DNA from: an uncultured Collinsella sp.
GTDB taxonomy: Bacteria > Actinomycetota > Coriobacteriia > Coriobacteriales > Coriobacteriaceae
DNA length: 64,000 nucleotides
Reading direction: 5' to 3'
Assembly: GCA_900544845.1 (NCBI GenBank)
Contig: UQWV01000002.1
Span: 20,721 to 84,720 of the forward strand
The position numbers and the translations under genes are program-made. Positions 40,537-49,912 of the stretch are shown piece by piece. How positions within the stretch are numbered: position 1 is the first letter of the stretch; the number at the start of each line of letters is the position of its first letter. The notes below the pieces were generated by a model. That model was not told the origin of the DNA. It searched no databases and was given only the letters and a program-made list of their open reading frames with translations.

Positions 40537-41727
40537 CTAGTCTCCGGCCCCGAAGACCCTGCCCTCGGGCGCGAGGCTGCTTGTTTGGGCAAATGATGGG
40601 CTGTCGGATTCGACTGTCTGCATGTCATCGATTGCTGTAACTTCATTAATTGTCGGGTCATCCAGCGTGATGCCTTCGAGTGTTGCTTTTTCGAGGTCGA
40701 TTCGTTGGCGCTCTTCGGAATCCTGGCGAAGCTGCTTCTGAATTCGCCTTTTCTCTTCTATAAACCTTCTGAGCACAAACTGTCTCAGGTCCTCTTGCAT
40801 GATTTGAAAGTCTTTTGGTAGACGCGAGGGGCGTACGCCCTCTTTCCGCTGGATTGCTTCCATGACCCTAACGAAAGAGCTGGCATGCATAAAGGAATAA
40901 CGGCTGACGGTGATGATTCCGTATCCCATGGACGCAAGCGCATTCTTGCGTTCCTCATCGATGGCGCGGTCTTCTTCCGCGTCATGATAAAAACCGTTGT
41001 ATTCAATGTCTGTGCGAGATTTCTTTAGATACGCATCCATAAAGAACTTTTTGCGTCTCGTGAGATTCTTTGCGGCGGCGGTGACCTGCACCTCGTAATC
41101 GGTCTCAATTCCCTTAATACCAAGCCCTCCTTCGCTTTTGGGCAGCGTTAGCATCATGACAAATGCCGTTTCCATGGGAGACCGGCATCCGTCGCGTACA
41201 CATTGGATCGCCTTTCGGGCAAGGGCCAAACCGTCGCATCTGGTAATGGAATTAAAGAACTGCTTTAACCTCTCGGTCGAGGTGAGCGCGAAACGCTCGT
41301 TATAAGAGGTGGAAGAGCCGGTTCCAAGGGAGTAAGCGCTGCACAATTCAAAGTAGTACTCCACCAGTTCGCGAAAAGGGAGATAGGTGGCGGCTTGAAG
41401 TGCGCAAAGCTCAACGCCAACAATGAAGATGCCATCTTTGAGCTCGATGAAGCGTGAGCTCGAGAATCGTTTTGAAGACATGTGGCATTGACAGTTCATT
41501 GCATAGCGCGCATTCCTGCGATCAAACACCATCACCTCGAGGGAATCATTTGCGCCGAGGGAAACATCATGTTTGGTGAGCCATTCTGCGGCTGCGTCAA
41601 GGAGCGTTCCGGTGGGACATGATCCGTAAATCGCGGCAGGGTTACAGGACTCGATGCCTTTCGCAGACACCGAATGCACGGCCTGGTAGACCGCTTTTGC
41701 AGTGGTATGTGACAATACGATACTCAT
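40537..41727 (-). CDS. Hypothetical protein with C-terminal DUF559 (Vsr-like PD-(D/E)xK) domain; lies in a low-GC patch
   Basis: 396 aa. The C-terminal segment RTDIEYNGFYHDAEEDRAIDEERKNALASMGYGIITVSRYSF fits the DUF559 pattern. Local GC is visibly lower than the flanks. It is a paralog of 49913..50962. Confidence 0.5.
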   Translation of the reverse strand: MSIVLSHTTAKAVYQAVHSVSAKGIESCNPAAIYGSCPTGTLLDAAAEWLTKHDVSLGANDSLEVMVFDRRNARYAMNCQCHMSSKRFSSSRFIELKDGIFIVGVELCALQAATYLPFRELVEYYFELCSAYSLGTGSSTSYNERFALTSTERLKQFFNSITRCDGLALARKAIQCVRDGCRSPMETAFVMMLTLPKSEGGLGIKGIETDYEVQVTAAAKNLTRRKKFFMDAYLKKSRTDIEYNGFYHDAEEDRAIDEERKNALASMGYGIITVSRYSFMHASSFVRVMEAIQRKEGVRPSRLPKDFQIMQEDLRQFVLRRFIEEKRRIQKQLRQDSEERQRIDLEKATLEGITLDDPTINEVTAIDDMQTVESDSPSFAQTSSLAPEGRVFGAGD

Positions 41728-42078
41728 GGTATATATCGTGTCAGCTAATGCCGTGTTGATGGCGCTGAGTGAAAAAGTCGTTTTAGAGGTCTAACCAAAT
41801 GCTGTCCAAAAGCTTGACGCAATTATGAGTTGGTATGCCCTAAATAAAAGTTTTCGCAGCTTAGCTATAGCATATAACTACTCAATTGCTGCACATTTGA
41901 TTGTGATGCATCACCATTCGACAACGAATTACGTGTCGGGAATTGGCCAAAATCGTTCAAAATGAGGGTTCAGAATTTGTGATGGCAGATCTATCTGTGG
42001 AATGTAGGGCGGCCCCGCTGCGGGGTTTTCCGCTGCGAGGCCGCTCGTGATCTACGCCGGAGTTTGTCGTAGACGTTT

Positions 42079-43047
42079 CTACTTGGCAAACAGGTTCTTG
42101 AGGTTGAACTCGGCTTGGACGGTGCGGAGCATGAGGTCGGTGTCGTCCAGACCCAGATGCTGCTCGTTGGCATCGGCGGCGAGGGTGCCACGGCGGCGCG
42201 CCCAGTTCTCGAGCGCGGCGGGCGCGGACTCGCGGGGGAGCGAGCGCACGTCGGCGTCCAAGCTGCGGCAGATCTGGCGCGAGTCGATGACGATAATCTT
42301 ACCCGCGCGGCGTGCCTCGGCGTAGCCGTCCAGGTGGATCTTGAACCAGCTGTCCTCAAAGGCGGCGTTGTGTGCCATGTACGGGTACTTCTTCATAAGC
42401 TTGAGCAGCTGCTTCTGCAGTTCCTTGTTCTCGCGGAATGGCTTTTTGCCGTCGATGTCGTCCCAGGTGATGTGGTGGATATTCGACAACGGCACATCCT
42501 CGCCGCGGTAGATGTCGGGCAGGCCGCAGTAGTGTGCCTCGGCGTCGTGCGGGACGGCGTCGCTGGTGAGCTCCATGATCTCCCAGCCCACGTTGATGAT
42601 GTAGCCGCGCTCGGGTGCACGGCCGGTGGTCTCGATGTCGATACCGAGCACGGTGCCCTGGATGGGCTTGCGGGCGTAGGCCACGCCGAGCGCGTCGCGG
42701 TCGCCGCGGATCTCGCGCATGACCGACGCGGCGGTGCGCTTTTGCATCTTACCGATGGCCGCGCAGGTGTCGGCATCGGACAGGCCGCGCGAAAGCGTCG
42801 CGGGCGTCACGTTGCGTAGGCGTGCCTCGCCAATCTGGTCGCACAGGTCGCGGTTGCGGTCAGCCAGGTCGCGCACGGTGGCAAAGTCGAAGCTGGGGTC
42901 GCCCTCGGCGGTAAAGTATTCGGTTTCGAGCACCTTAAGGGCCTCCTCGCCCTTCTGGCGCTCGGACTCCATGGCGCCGTGATCGCCATAGATAAACATG
43001 GGAATAAACGGCTGGCGCTCGTATTCGAGTGCTTGTGAAACGTTCAT
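42079..43047 (-). CDS. DnaQ-like (DEDDh) 3'-5' exonuclease domain protein
   Basis: Exo motifs LGIDIETTG, YMAHNAAFE and H…D. AAGGAG RBS. Confidence 0.7.
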   Translation of the reverse strand: MNVSQALEYERQPFIPMFIYGDHGAMESERQKGEEALKVLETEYFTAEGDPSFDFATVRDLADRNRDLCDQIGEARLRNVTPATLSRGLSDADTCAAIGKMQKRTAASVMREIRGDRDALGVAYARKPIQGTVLGIDIETTGRAPERGYIINVGWEIMELTSDAVPHDAEAHYCGLPDIYRGEDVPLSNIHHITWDDIDGKKPFRENKELQKQLLKLMKKYPYMAHNAAFEDSWFKIHLDGYAEARRAGKIIVIDSRQICRSLDADVRSLPRESAPAALENWARRRGTLAADANEQHLGLDDTDLMLRTVQAEFNLKNLFAK

Positions 43048-43219
43048 ATAACTGCTCCTTGGATGGGCCGCGTCGTGCGGCTCAGGGTCATTAAGATGTG
43101 GCGAGATGATAGTTTACCATGGGCAACTATTGGCATCGCGCCTAGGACAACTACAATACCCTAGTTGACCGCTAGGACTTTTACAATGCTGCCGAAAGAC
43201 ACGAAAGGTTCCATCCGTC

Positions 43220-44308
43220 ATGGATTTGCTGATTGATATTCTGCTCGACGCCGGCAAGGACACGCTCTCGCTGCTGCCGTTCTTGTTGGTGACGTATCTG
43301 GCCCTCGAGACCTTGGAGCACGTCGCGGGCGACCGCGTTAACGGGGCCATCAAGCGCGCCGGCGCCGCGGGTCCCGTGGTTGGCTCGTTGCTGGGTATGG
43401 TGCCGCAGTGCGGCTTTTCGGCCATGGCGGCAACGCTGTACGCCGGTCGCGTCGTGACCTTGGGCACGTTGGTGGCGGTGTTCCTTTCGACCTCCGACGA
43501 GATGCTGCCGCTGCTACTTGCCGAGCAGGTTCCCGTGCAGACTATGGCGATGCTTTTGGCTTCGAAAGCGCTGATCGCACTGGTCACGGGCTTTATCGTA
43601 GATGCCGCCATTCGCGGTCTGCGCCGCAACGCTCGCGCGCATGCGGCGATTCGCCGTACCGTGCTGGGAACCGCGGCCAACCCGGCCCACGTGAACTGCG
43701 CGCACGACGACCACACTGGCGGTGACATCATCGACGAGGTGGCCGAGGCGGGCGTGAGCGCCGACCACATCCACGAGTTGTGCGAGCGCGACCATTGCGG
43801 CTGCGATGATGATGAAGATGAACACGAGCGCGACCACGGACACAGCCATGACCACGGTCACACGGGCGAGCATGAGCACCACCACGACCACGGTCACTCC
43901 CACGAAGGGACGCCTGTCCTGTCGATCATCCGCAGCGCGATCTCGCACACCGTCCAGGTCTCGGTATTCATTTTTCTGGTGACGCTGATTCTGGTCGCCG
44001 TGCTCGAGACGTTCGGCGAGTCCGCAATCGAGCAGTTCCTGCGCGGCAACGAGACGCTCGCCGTCCTGGGTTCGGCGCTTGTCGGCCTGATCCCCAACTG
44101 CTCGGCGAGCGTGGTCATTACGCAGCTGTACCTGGAGGGCGCGCTACAGCTGGCGCCGATGCTCGCCGGCACGCTCATTTCCGCCGGCGTGGGCTACCTG
44201 GTCCTGTTCCGCACCAACCGCAGCGCCCGCGAAAATGCCGTGTTCCTGATCATGATGTACGTCATCGGCGCTGGCTGGGGACTCATCCTCTCCGCCGTTG
44301 GCCTTTAA
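43220..44308 (+). CDS. Two-repeat membrane permease with a long His/Asp/Glu-rich cytoplasmic loop (putative metal-ion transporter, DUF318/ArsP-like)
   Basis: Two homologous halves carry PQCGFS and PNCSAS. The loop is HELCERDHCGCDDDEDEHERDHGHSHDHGHTGEHEHHHDHGHSHEG. Confidence 0.6.
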   Translation: MDLLIDILLDAGKDTLSLLPFLLVTYLALETLEHVAGDRVNGAIKRAGAAGPVVGSLLGMVPQCGFSAMAATLYAGRVVTLGTLVAVFLSTSDEMLPLLLAEQVPVQTMAMLLASKALIALVTGFIVDAAIRGLRRNARAHAAIRRTVLGTAANPAHVNCAHDDHTGGDIIDEVAEAGVSADHIHELCERDHCGCDDDEDEHERDHGHSHDHGHTGEHEHHHDHGHSHEGTPVLSIIRSAISHTVQVSVFIFLVTLILVAVLETFGESAIEQFLRGNETLAVLGSALVGLIPNCSASVVITQLYLEGALQLAPMLAGTLISAGVGYLVLFRTNRSARENAVFLIMMYVIGAGWGLILSAVGL

Positions 44309-44309
44309 G

Positions 44310-44414
44310 TAGATTATTGGGACATGTCTTACGATCTACCCCTGTGACCAGGGCATTCCCCGCTGCCAAAACAAAAAGGTAGATTTTTAGGCATGTCCCA
44401 AAAATCTACCTTGG
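44310..44414. repeat. Nested palindrome between convergent genes
   Basis: GTAGATTATTGGGACATG…CATGTCCCAAAAATCTAC with an inner GATCTACC/GGTAGAT pair. Confidence 0.45.
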
Positions 44415-44897
44415 TTAGTGCAGCAGCTCAGTGAGGTTGCGTTTAAAGCGGGCGCGATCTTCGCTGGTAAATGCTGCCGGACCGCGAGTGCGTCCGCCGG
44501 CGCGGCGTACCTTCTTTTCCTCGTGGCGAATAAACAGCTGCATGTCGATAGTCGCCTTGTCGTACACGCGCCCGCGCACACCGATGGCGGCGGCATCGCG
44601 CCCGAGCACCATGCTCGCCAAGCCAATGTCCTGCGTCACGACCACGTCGCCCGCCTGCAGGCGTTCGACAATGGCAAAGTCGGCGCTGTCGGCGCCCACG
44701 CTCACATCGAGCGTCGTGACCCAAAATCCGCGTCGCGCGTGCTCGGCATCGCGCGGGTCGTCGCGGCGAATGTGCCGTTCCAGGTTTTGCGTGCTGTTGC
44801 CGGCGATAACAACGGCGACGCCCGCCCGCCGCGCGCAATCAATCGACTCGCGCGTGACCGGGCAGGCGTCGGCATCAATAAAGAGCGTTCGCGGCAT
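44415..44897 (-). CDS. YaiI/YqgV family protein (UPF0178/DUF188)
   Basis: MPRTLFIDADACPV…. The ATG directly abuts the upstream gene's TAG (tagatg). Confidence 0.8.
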   Translation of the reverse strand: MPRTLFIDADACPVTRESIDCARRAGVAVVIAGNSTQNLERHIRRDDPRDAEHARRGFWVTTLDVSVGADSADFAIVERLQAGDVVVTQDIGLASMVLGRDAAAIGVRGRVYDKATIDMQLFIRHEEKKVRRAGGRTRGPAAFTSEDRARFKRNLTELLH

Positions 44898-45500
44898 CTA
44901 GTGCACCAGTTTGCCAAATTGAATAGCGCGAACAATCAGCGTTACGCCAAACACCAGCAGTGCGGCGCCGCTAAAGATGACGAGCATCTTGGCCGACCAC
45001 AGCGGATAGATAAACACGAACATGCCGGCGATGATGGAGAGCGCGCCGCTCAGGATGGCGAGGGCACGGTTGGACGAAAGCTCGGACTCCAGAATGGACA
45101 TGACACCTTCGACGATCCAGCCAAAGCCGGCCACGATAACCACCATCGTGGTGAGCGTCGCGGTCGAGAAGGCCTGGTTGCGCAGGATTATGACGCCGCC
45201 CAAGATAATGAGTAGGTTGGAGATGATGCTCGTCACGCGCCAGCCGGTGGGCAGCAGTGGCTCGAAAACAGCGGTAAACAGCCTGATCGCGGCCGTGATC
45301 ACAAAGTAGAAGCCCAAGACGGTCGTTAAGAAGACGAGGGACTTGGCGGGCGCAAACAGCAGTGCGATGCCGGCGACGAGCGCCAAGACGCCCGTGATGG
45401 CGTAAATCCAGCGCACGGCCTTGACGGCCTTGCCTGCCATGCTTTTCTCGTCAAATCCAAACTGGCTCGATTTTTGGTCATCGTTCTTAAAGATGCCCAT
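44898..45500 (-). CDS. HdeD-family (DUF308) acid-resistance membrane protein
   Basis: 200 aa with 6 TM helices and an HdeD-like repeat. GGAAAGGAGG RBS. Confidence 0.75.
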   Translation of the reverse strand: MGIFKNDDQKSSQFGFDEKSMAGKAVKAVRWIYAITGVLALVAGIALLFAPAKSLVFLTTVLGFYFVITAAIRLFTAVFEPLLPTGWRVTSIISNLLIILGGVIILRNQAFSTATLTTMVVIVAGFGWIVEGVMSILESELSSNRALAILSGALSIIAGMFVFIYPLWSAKMLVIFSGAALLVFGVTLIVRAIQFGKLVH

Positions 45501-45735
45501 AATGCCTCCTTTCCGTGCGGCGTAAGCCTTGATTGTTACAACCAGTATCGCCTAAAGGCGCTGGCGTATGGGTCGGGGAGGGCGAAACGTAACCCAAAGG
45601 CCCCGAATTGTTTCCGTTGTTCCCCACGTCGCGATTTTCTATTCAACAGGTGTAGAACATTGCAGCCCTGTTCGTTATTGCCTACGTTTTAGGTTAGATT
45701 TTCCTAAGGACAATTGGCTTGTATTGGGGGTCCCT

Positions 45736-46407
45736 ATGAACGAAGCAGTTCCCGAGGCGCCGGTAAGCGCTGAGTCGATGGCGAAGCAAGGTTGCGAAAA
45801 GCTCGGCCTGGACACGTTTGACGCGCTGGTCCGCCGCGCCCGCACGTGCCGTCGCTTTGACGAGTCCATGCGCGTGCCGCGCGAGTTTTTGCTCGAGCTG
45901 GCGGAACTGGCGCACCTGGCTCCGTGTGGTGCCAATGCTCAGCGTCTTCGTTTTCATGTGGTGAGCGGTTCCGAGGATTGCGCGCGTGTATTTGACGAGC
46001 TCGCATGGGCCGGCGCACTTAAGGATTGGCCGGGTCCTGCCGAGGGCGAGCGCCCGACCGGCTACATCGCGATTCTGGCTGAGCGCGCCGTTCCGGGCAA
46101 GCCCACCGCTCCCATTACCGAGGTCGACACGGGTATTGCCGCGCAGACGATGATGCTCGCCGCCCGCAGCGCCACGCCCGAGGTGGCAGCCTGCATGTTC
46201 AAGGCCTTTACGCCCCACGCGATCGATGCCATGGGGCTCGATAACGACAAGTATGAGCTCAAGCTGATCATGGCTTTTGGCGTTCCGGCCGAGACGCAGG
46301 TGATCGATGCGATCGATTCCAACCCCGACGGCTCCATCAATTATTGGCGCGACGAGGCGCGGGTGCACCACGTACCCAAGCGTCCGCTTGCCGACGTGCT
46401 GCTGTAG
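45736..46407 (+). CDS. Nitroreductase-family protein
   Basis: RRSxRxF motif (ARTCRRFDE) and a nitroreductase fold signature. ATG at 45736. Confidence 0.8.
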   Translation: MNEAVPEAPVSAESMAKQGCEKLGLDTFDALVRRARTCRRFDESMRVPREFLLELAELAHLAPCGANAQRLRFHVVSGSEDCARVFDELAWAGALKDWPGPAEGERPTGYIAILAERAVPGKPTAPITEVDTGIAAQTMMLAARSATPEVAACMFKAFTPHAIDAMGLDNDKYELKLIMAFGVPAETQVIDAIDSNPDGSINYWRDEARVHHVPKRPLADVLL

Positions 46408-46442
46408 TTGTGCGTCGTTGCGGTGCAATCCGGCGGCAAAAT

Positions 46443-46474
46443 CACCACAAAGGCTCCTGTCCCCTTTGTGGTGG
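46443..46474. repeat. CCACCACAAAGG-loop-CCTTTGTGGTGG hairpin (copy 1 of 3) just upstream of the phosphatase RBS
   Basis: CACCACAAAGGctcctgtccCCTTTGTGGTGG. Copies at 62080 and 63037 are identical or reverse-complemented. Confidence 0.6.
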
Positions 46475-46490
46475 TACGAGGGGAGGGTGT

Positions 46491-47033
46491 GTGGCAGATC
46501 TGTATTTGGTGCGGCATGGGCAGACTGAGCTCAATGTGCAGAGCATTTTGCAGGGCTGGCACGATTCGCCGCTTACGGCGCGCGGGCGCGAGCAGGCGCT
46601 GACGGCGCGTACGGCGTTTGCGGCGCGTGGCGTGGCCTTTGATCATGTGTATTCCTCGCCGTTGGGCCGGGCGCGGCATACGGCCGAGCTTATCGTTGGC
46701 GAGGGCCGTTCCATTGAGCTGGTCGATGACCTGCGTGAGTGGCATTTTGGCTCGCTGGAGGGCACATCAAATCGCGAGATGCCGCCGCAGCCCTGGGGCG
46801 ATTATCCGGTGGCCTTTGGCGGTGAGTCGGAAGTGCAGCTTCAGTCGCGCATGGTCGCGGTGCTGTCCCGCATCATGGCCAGGCCGCAGCACGACTGCGT
46901 GCTGGCGGTTTCCCACGGCTCAGCCTGCCAGGAGTTTCTTGAGTATGTGACTGGCAGGGGAGAGCTACCCGACAACGGTGCCGTGCTTCATTTTGGCTAT
47001 TGCGACGGGGCGTTTTCGCTCCTTGATTGGTAA
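46491..47033 (+). CDS. Histidine phosphatase family (phosphoglycerate mutase-like) protein
   Basis: GTG start after GGGGAGGG. LYLVRHGQTELN motif with catalytic His. Confidence 0.8.
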   Translation: MADLYLVRHGQTELNVQSILQGWHDSPLTARGREQALTARTAFAARGVAFDHVYSSPLGRARHTAELIVGEGRSIELVDDLREWHFGSLEGTSNREMPPQPWGDYPVAFGGESEVQLQSRMVAVLSRIMARPQHDCVLAVSHGSACQEFLEYVTGRGELPDNGAVLHFGYCDGAFSLLDW

Positions 47034-47050
47034 CGAACGAAAGGACCCCT

Positions 47051-47686
47051 ATGAATAAAGACCTGTATCTGGTTCGCCATGGACAGACGATATTCAACCT
47101 TAAGCGCATTATTCAGGGTTGGAGTGACTCGCCGCTCACGCAGTTGGGCTGCGACCAGGCGGCGCGCGCCGGCATGTTTTTGCGTGCGCGCGGCATTGAG
47201 CCCGACCACGCCTACACCTCGACGCTGCACCGCACCGAGCAGACCATCGCCAACCTGTGGCCGGGTCTTACCTACGAGCGCCTAGACGGTCTGCGCGAGT
47301 GGTTCTTTGGCGATTTTGAGGCTGAGCGCGTGGTGCTCATGCCCGAGCGCCCGTGGCGCGATTTCTATCGTCAATTTGGCGGCGAGGGGCAGATGCAGGT
47401 GCGCCAGCGCATGGTGGCGACGTTGACCGATCTTATGCGTCGCCCGGACCACGAGTGCGTGCTCGCGGTGAGTCACGGCTCGGCCATCAAGGAGTTCATG
47501 GACCATACCAAGGGCGCGGCGGCCGATGAACGCGATCGCGTTCCGGGCAACTGCTCGGTGCTACACTTTGCGTTTGACGACGAATCCGACACGTTTGAGC
47601 TGGTCGAAGTCTTTACGCAGGAAGACTACGCGCGCGAGTTGGGGCTTGAACCGCTCGTGGCTACTGCGGGTCCGCAGCGCGGATAA
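47051..47686 (+). CDS. Histidine phosphatase family protein (tandem paralog)
   Basis: LYLVRHGQTIFN and AAAGGA RBS. ~40% identical to the preceding gene. Confidence 0.85.
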   Translation: MNKDLYLVRHGQTIFNLKRIIQGWSDSPLTQLGCDQAARAGMFLRARGIEPDHAYTSTLHRTEQTIANLWPGLTYERLDGLREWFFGDFEAERVVLMPERPWRDFYRQFGGEGQMQVRQRMVATLTDLMRRPDHECVLAVSHGSAIKEFMDHTKGAAADERDRVPGNCSVLHFAFDDESDTFELVEVFTQEDYARELGLEPLVATAGPQRG

Positions 47687-47732
47687 CGTGAGCGCGGCGG
47701 CACGGGTCGCCGGCTAACTTCTCGACGCAAAA

Positions 47733-47789
47733 GGGGCGGAGATGCATGTACCTGCCGCATCTCCGCCCCCTGTTTGTTGAGCTGCCGAT
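47733..47789 (+). terminator. Rho-independent terminator
   Basis: GGGGCGGAGATGC…GCATCTCCGCCCC then CTGTTTGTTG. Confidence 0.6.
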
Positions 47790-47814
47790 TTTTGTGCTGG
47801 GCGGTCTGGTCTTG

Positions 47815-48498
47815 CTAGAACCGCGCGACCTGGTGCGTGAGCAGGCCTGTCGGAACCTGCGGCGCGGCGCCGCTGACCTGCGCGGCGGGGAAGAGCACGG
47901 CAACGGTAAAGTTGAACGGCTCCTTGCCGGTGTACGTTCCGGCGGCACGGGTCTCATCGGCCAGCAGCTGCGACGCCCCGGTCAGAGCGGCGGCGTAGGC
48001 GGGGTCGTCGGCCAGTGCCGGCTCCGGTGCTTGGTCGAGCATAGCGCGGATGGCCCCGACGGCGTCCTCGCGCTTGACCTCCCACGCGCGGTGCGTAATG
48101 CCCGCGGGGTCGGTAACGGCGTAGAGCGACGCGCCCTCTTTGGCGGCGCCCAGGATGATATCCATGACGGGCGAGGCCTCGTAGGCGAGCGACACGGGGC
48201 GCGGCTGCACCTTGAGCTCGGCGATCGCGCGCGCAGCGGCGGCCACGTCAGCGCTGGCATCGCCCTTGTCGCCCGCAAGTACACTCGTCGGGCAGATCGC
48301 CACGACACCCGTCACGCGTCCCGGCTCGCCCGAGCATTCGTACACGTAATACGCCGCACCCGGGTCCTTGAGCATCAGACCATCGGCAATGGCTCCGCGC
48401 AGAGCATCGTTGCCGCTCAGGATGCTGCCCATTGCAGGCAGCGCCTCGAGCACGCGGTCCTGAGCCGGGCGGATGCAGGGAAACGGAAGTGCTTTCAT
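47815..48498 (-). CDS. Hypothetical protein (short, possibly DUF1015-like)
   Basis: 227 aa, MKALPFPCIRPAQDRVLEAL…. Family assignment is weak. Confidence 0.45.
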   Translation of the reverse strand: MKALPFPCIRPAQDRVLEALPAMGSILSGNDALRGAIADGLMLKDPGAAYYVYECSGEPGRVTGVVAICPTSVLAGDKGDASADVAAAARAIAELKVQPRPVSLAYEASPVMDIILGAAKEGASLYAVTDPAGITHRAWEVKREDAVGAIRAMLDQAPEPALADDPAYAAALTGASQLLADETRAAGTYTGKEPFNFTVAVLFPAAQVSGAAPQVPTGLLTHQVARF

Positions 48499-48537
48499 GG
48501 GCGGTCCTAACGCACGAGTCGGTTTGTTCGCGGCTTA

Positions 48538-49758
48538 TTATGCCCCAACTTGGCCGCTCGCGTCCCAGAGCACGTTATCGACGAGCGCGATTAGCACCTG
48601 CTGACAACGAACGATATCGGCGTGGGGCACATATTCGTTGGGCTTGTGCGCGAGCGCGAGCGACCCGGGACCGTAGCTCATGCAATTGCGGTTACCTGTC
48701 TTGCCGGCAATGACGGCGGTGTCGGTGTAGCCGGTAAAGAAGCCGACGGTCGTGTCCGCGTCCGTCACGTCATCGGCGGCACGCTTGAGCACTGCTAGAA
48801 GGGGAGAGTTCGGGTCGCGCTCGATGGCGGGGCGGTCGCCCGTCACGGTGTAGCTGCCATGGCAACCGGGAACGGCGGCTTCGGCGACGGCGATGGCCTG
48901 CTCTACCATGCGCGTCGCGGCGGCCGTATCGGTCGGCGGGGTCAGACGCATGTCGACCCAGACTTTGGCGCGGTCGGGCACGACATAGGGGCGATATCCG
49001 CCCTCGATTTGGCCAAACGTGATGGTCGAAGGCCCCAGCTCATCGTGCGCGGGCAGCGCCACAAACGCGCGACGGAGCGAACACACGACCTCGGCCATGG
49101 CGGCGACGGCATCCGCGCCCTTCCACGGCTGGCTCGCATGCGCCGTTACGCCAGCCATTTCAATCTCGAACCACGTGCGCCCCTTGTGCGCCACCTGGAT
49201 CTGTCCGTCGGTGGGTTCGGTGTCCAGCACCCAATCACGCGAGCCGACCCAGCCGGCATCGATCGCGGCCTCTGAGCCGCGCATAAAGTCCTCCTCGTCG
49301 ACCGAGCAAATGAGTGAGAATCCACGGCGGGGCAGCTCGCCTTCTGCCGCCACGCGCTCGAGCGTATGGACCAGTGCGGCAATGGCGCAGGCCAGGCCAC
49401 CCTTCATATCGCAGGCACCGCGGCCATAGAGTTTATCGTTGCGCACGATCGCTCCGAGCGGCGGAATGTCCGCGTCCCAGTCATCGCCCAGCGTAACGGT
49501 ATCCATATGGCAGATATAGACGAGCCGTGGCTCGTCGCTCAGTCCCGGCACGGTGACCATAAGGTTGCGGCGCCCTGGCAGCACCTCGAGTTCCTCAATC
49601 CGTATGGCATCGAGTGTCGGGTAGTTCAACCGTGCCAGCCGTTCCTCAACCAGCGCTTTGATATACCGCTCAATTTCATTCTCATACGCGCCCGGGTCTG
49701 AGCTGTCGATCCGCACAAGCTCCTGCGCAAGCCGCCAGGCAAAGTCCTCATCAACCAT
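48538..49758 (-). CDS. M20-family metallopeptidase (ArgE/DapE/acetylornithine deacetylase-like)
   Basis: HMDTV and GRGACDMKGG motifs. ATG at 49758. Confidence 0.8.
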   Translation of the reverse strand: MVDEDFAWRLAQELVRIDSSDPGAYENEIERYIKALVEERLARLNYPTLDAIRIEELEVLPGRRNLMVTVPGLSDEPRLVYICHMDTVTLGDDWDADIPPLGAIVRNDKLYGRGACDMKGGLACAIAALVHTLERVAAEGELPRRGFSLICSVDEEDFMRGSEAAIDAGWVGSRDWVLDTEPTDGQIQVAHKGRTWFEIEMAGVTAHASQPWKGADAVAAMAEVVCSLRRAFVALPAHDELGPSTITFGQIEGGYRPYVVPDRAKVWVDMRLTPPTDTAAATRMVEQAIAVAEAAVPGCHGSYTVTGDRPAIERDPNSPLLAVLKRAADDVTDADTTVGFFTGYTDTAVIAGKTGNRNCMSYGPGSLALAHKPNEYVPHADIVRCQQVLIALVDNVLWDASGQVGA

Positions 49759-49912
49759 ATGCAACCTCACAATCAGTCTGCTTTCCAAACCGATTGTAAG
49801 CCTCCTGAGAGATTCGCGACGCGCGCGCAGCAGCATTTACCGTTCGCAGGCCGAGCCATCGCACTCGCCGTCTGAGCGGGTTCACAAACGATGCAGTGGG
49901 TACGTACACTTC

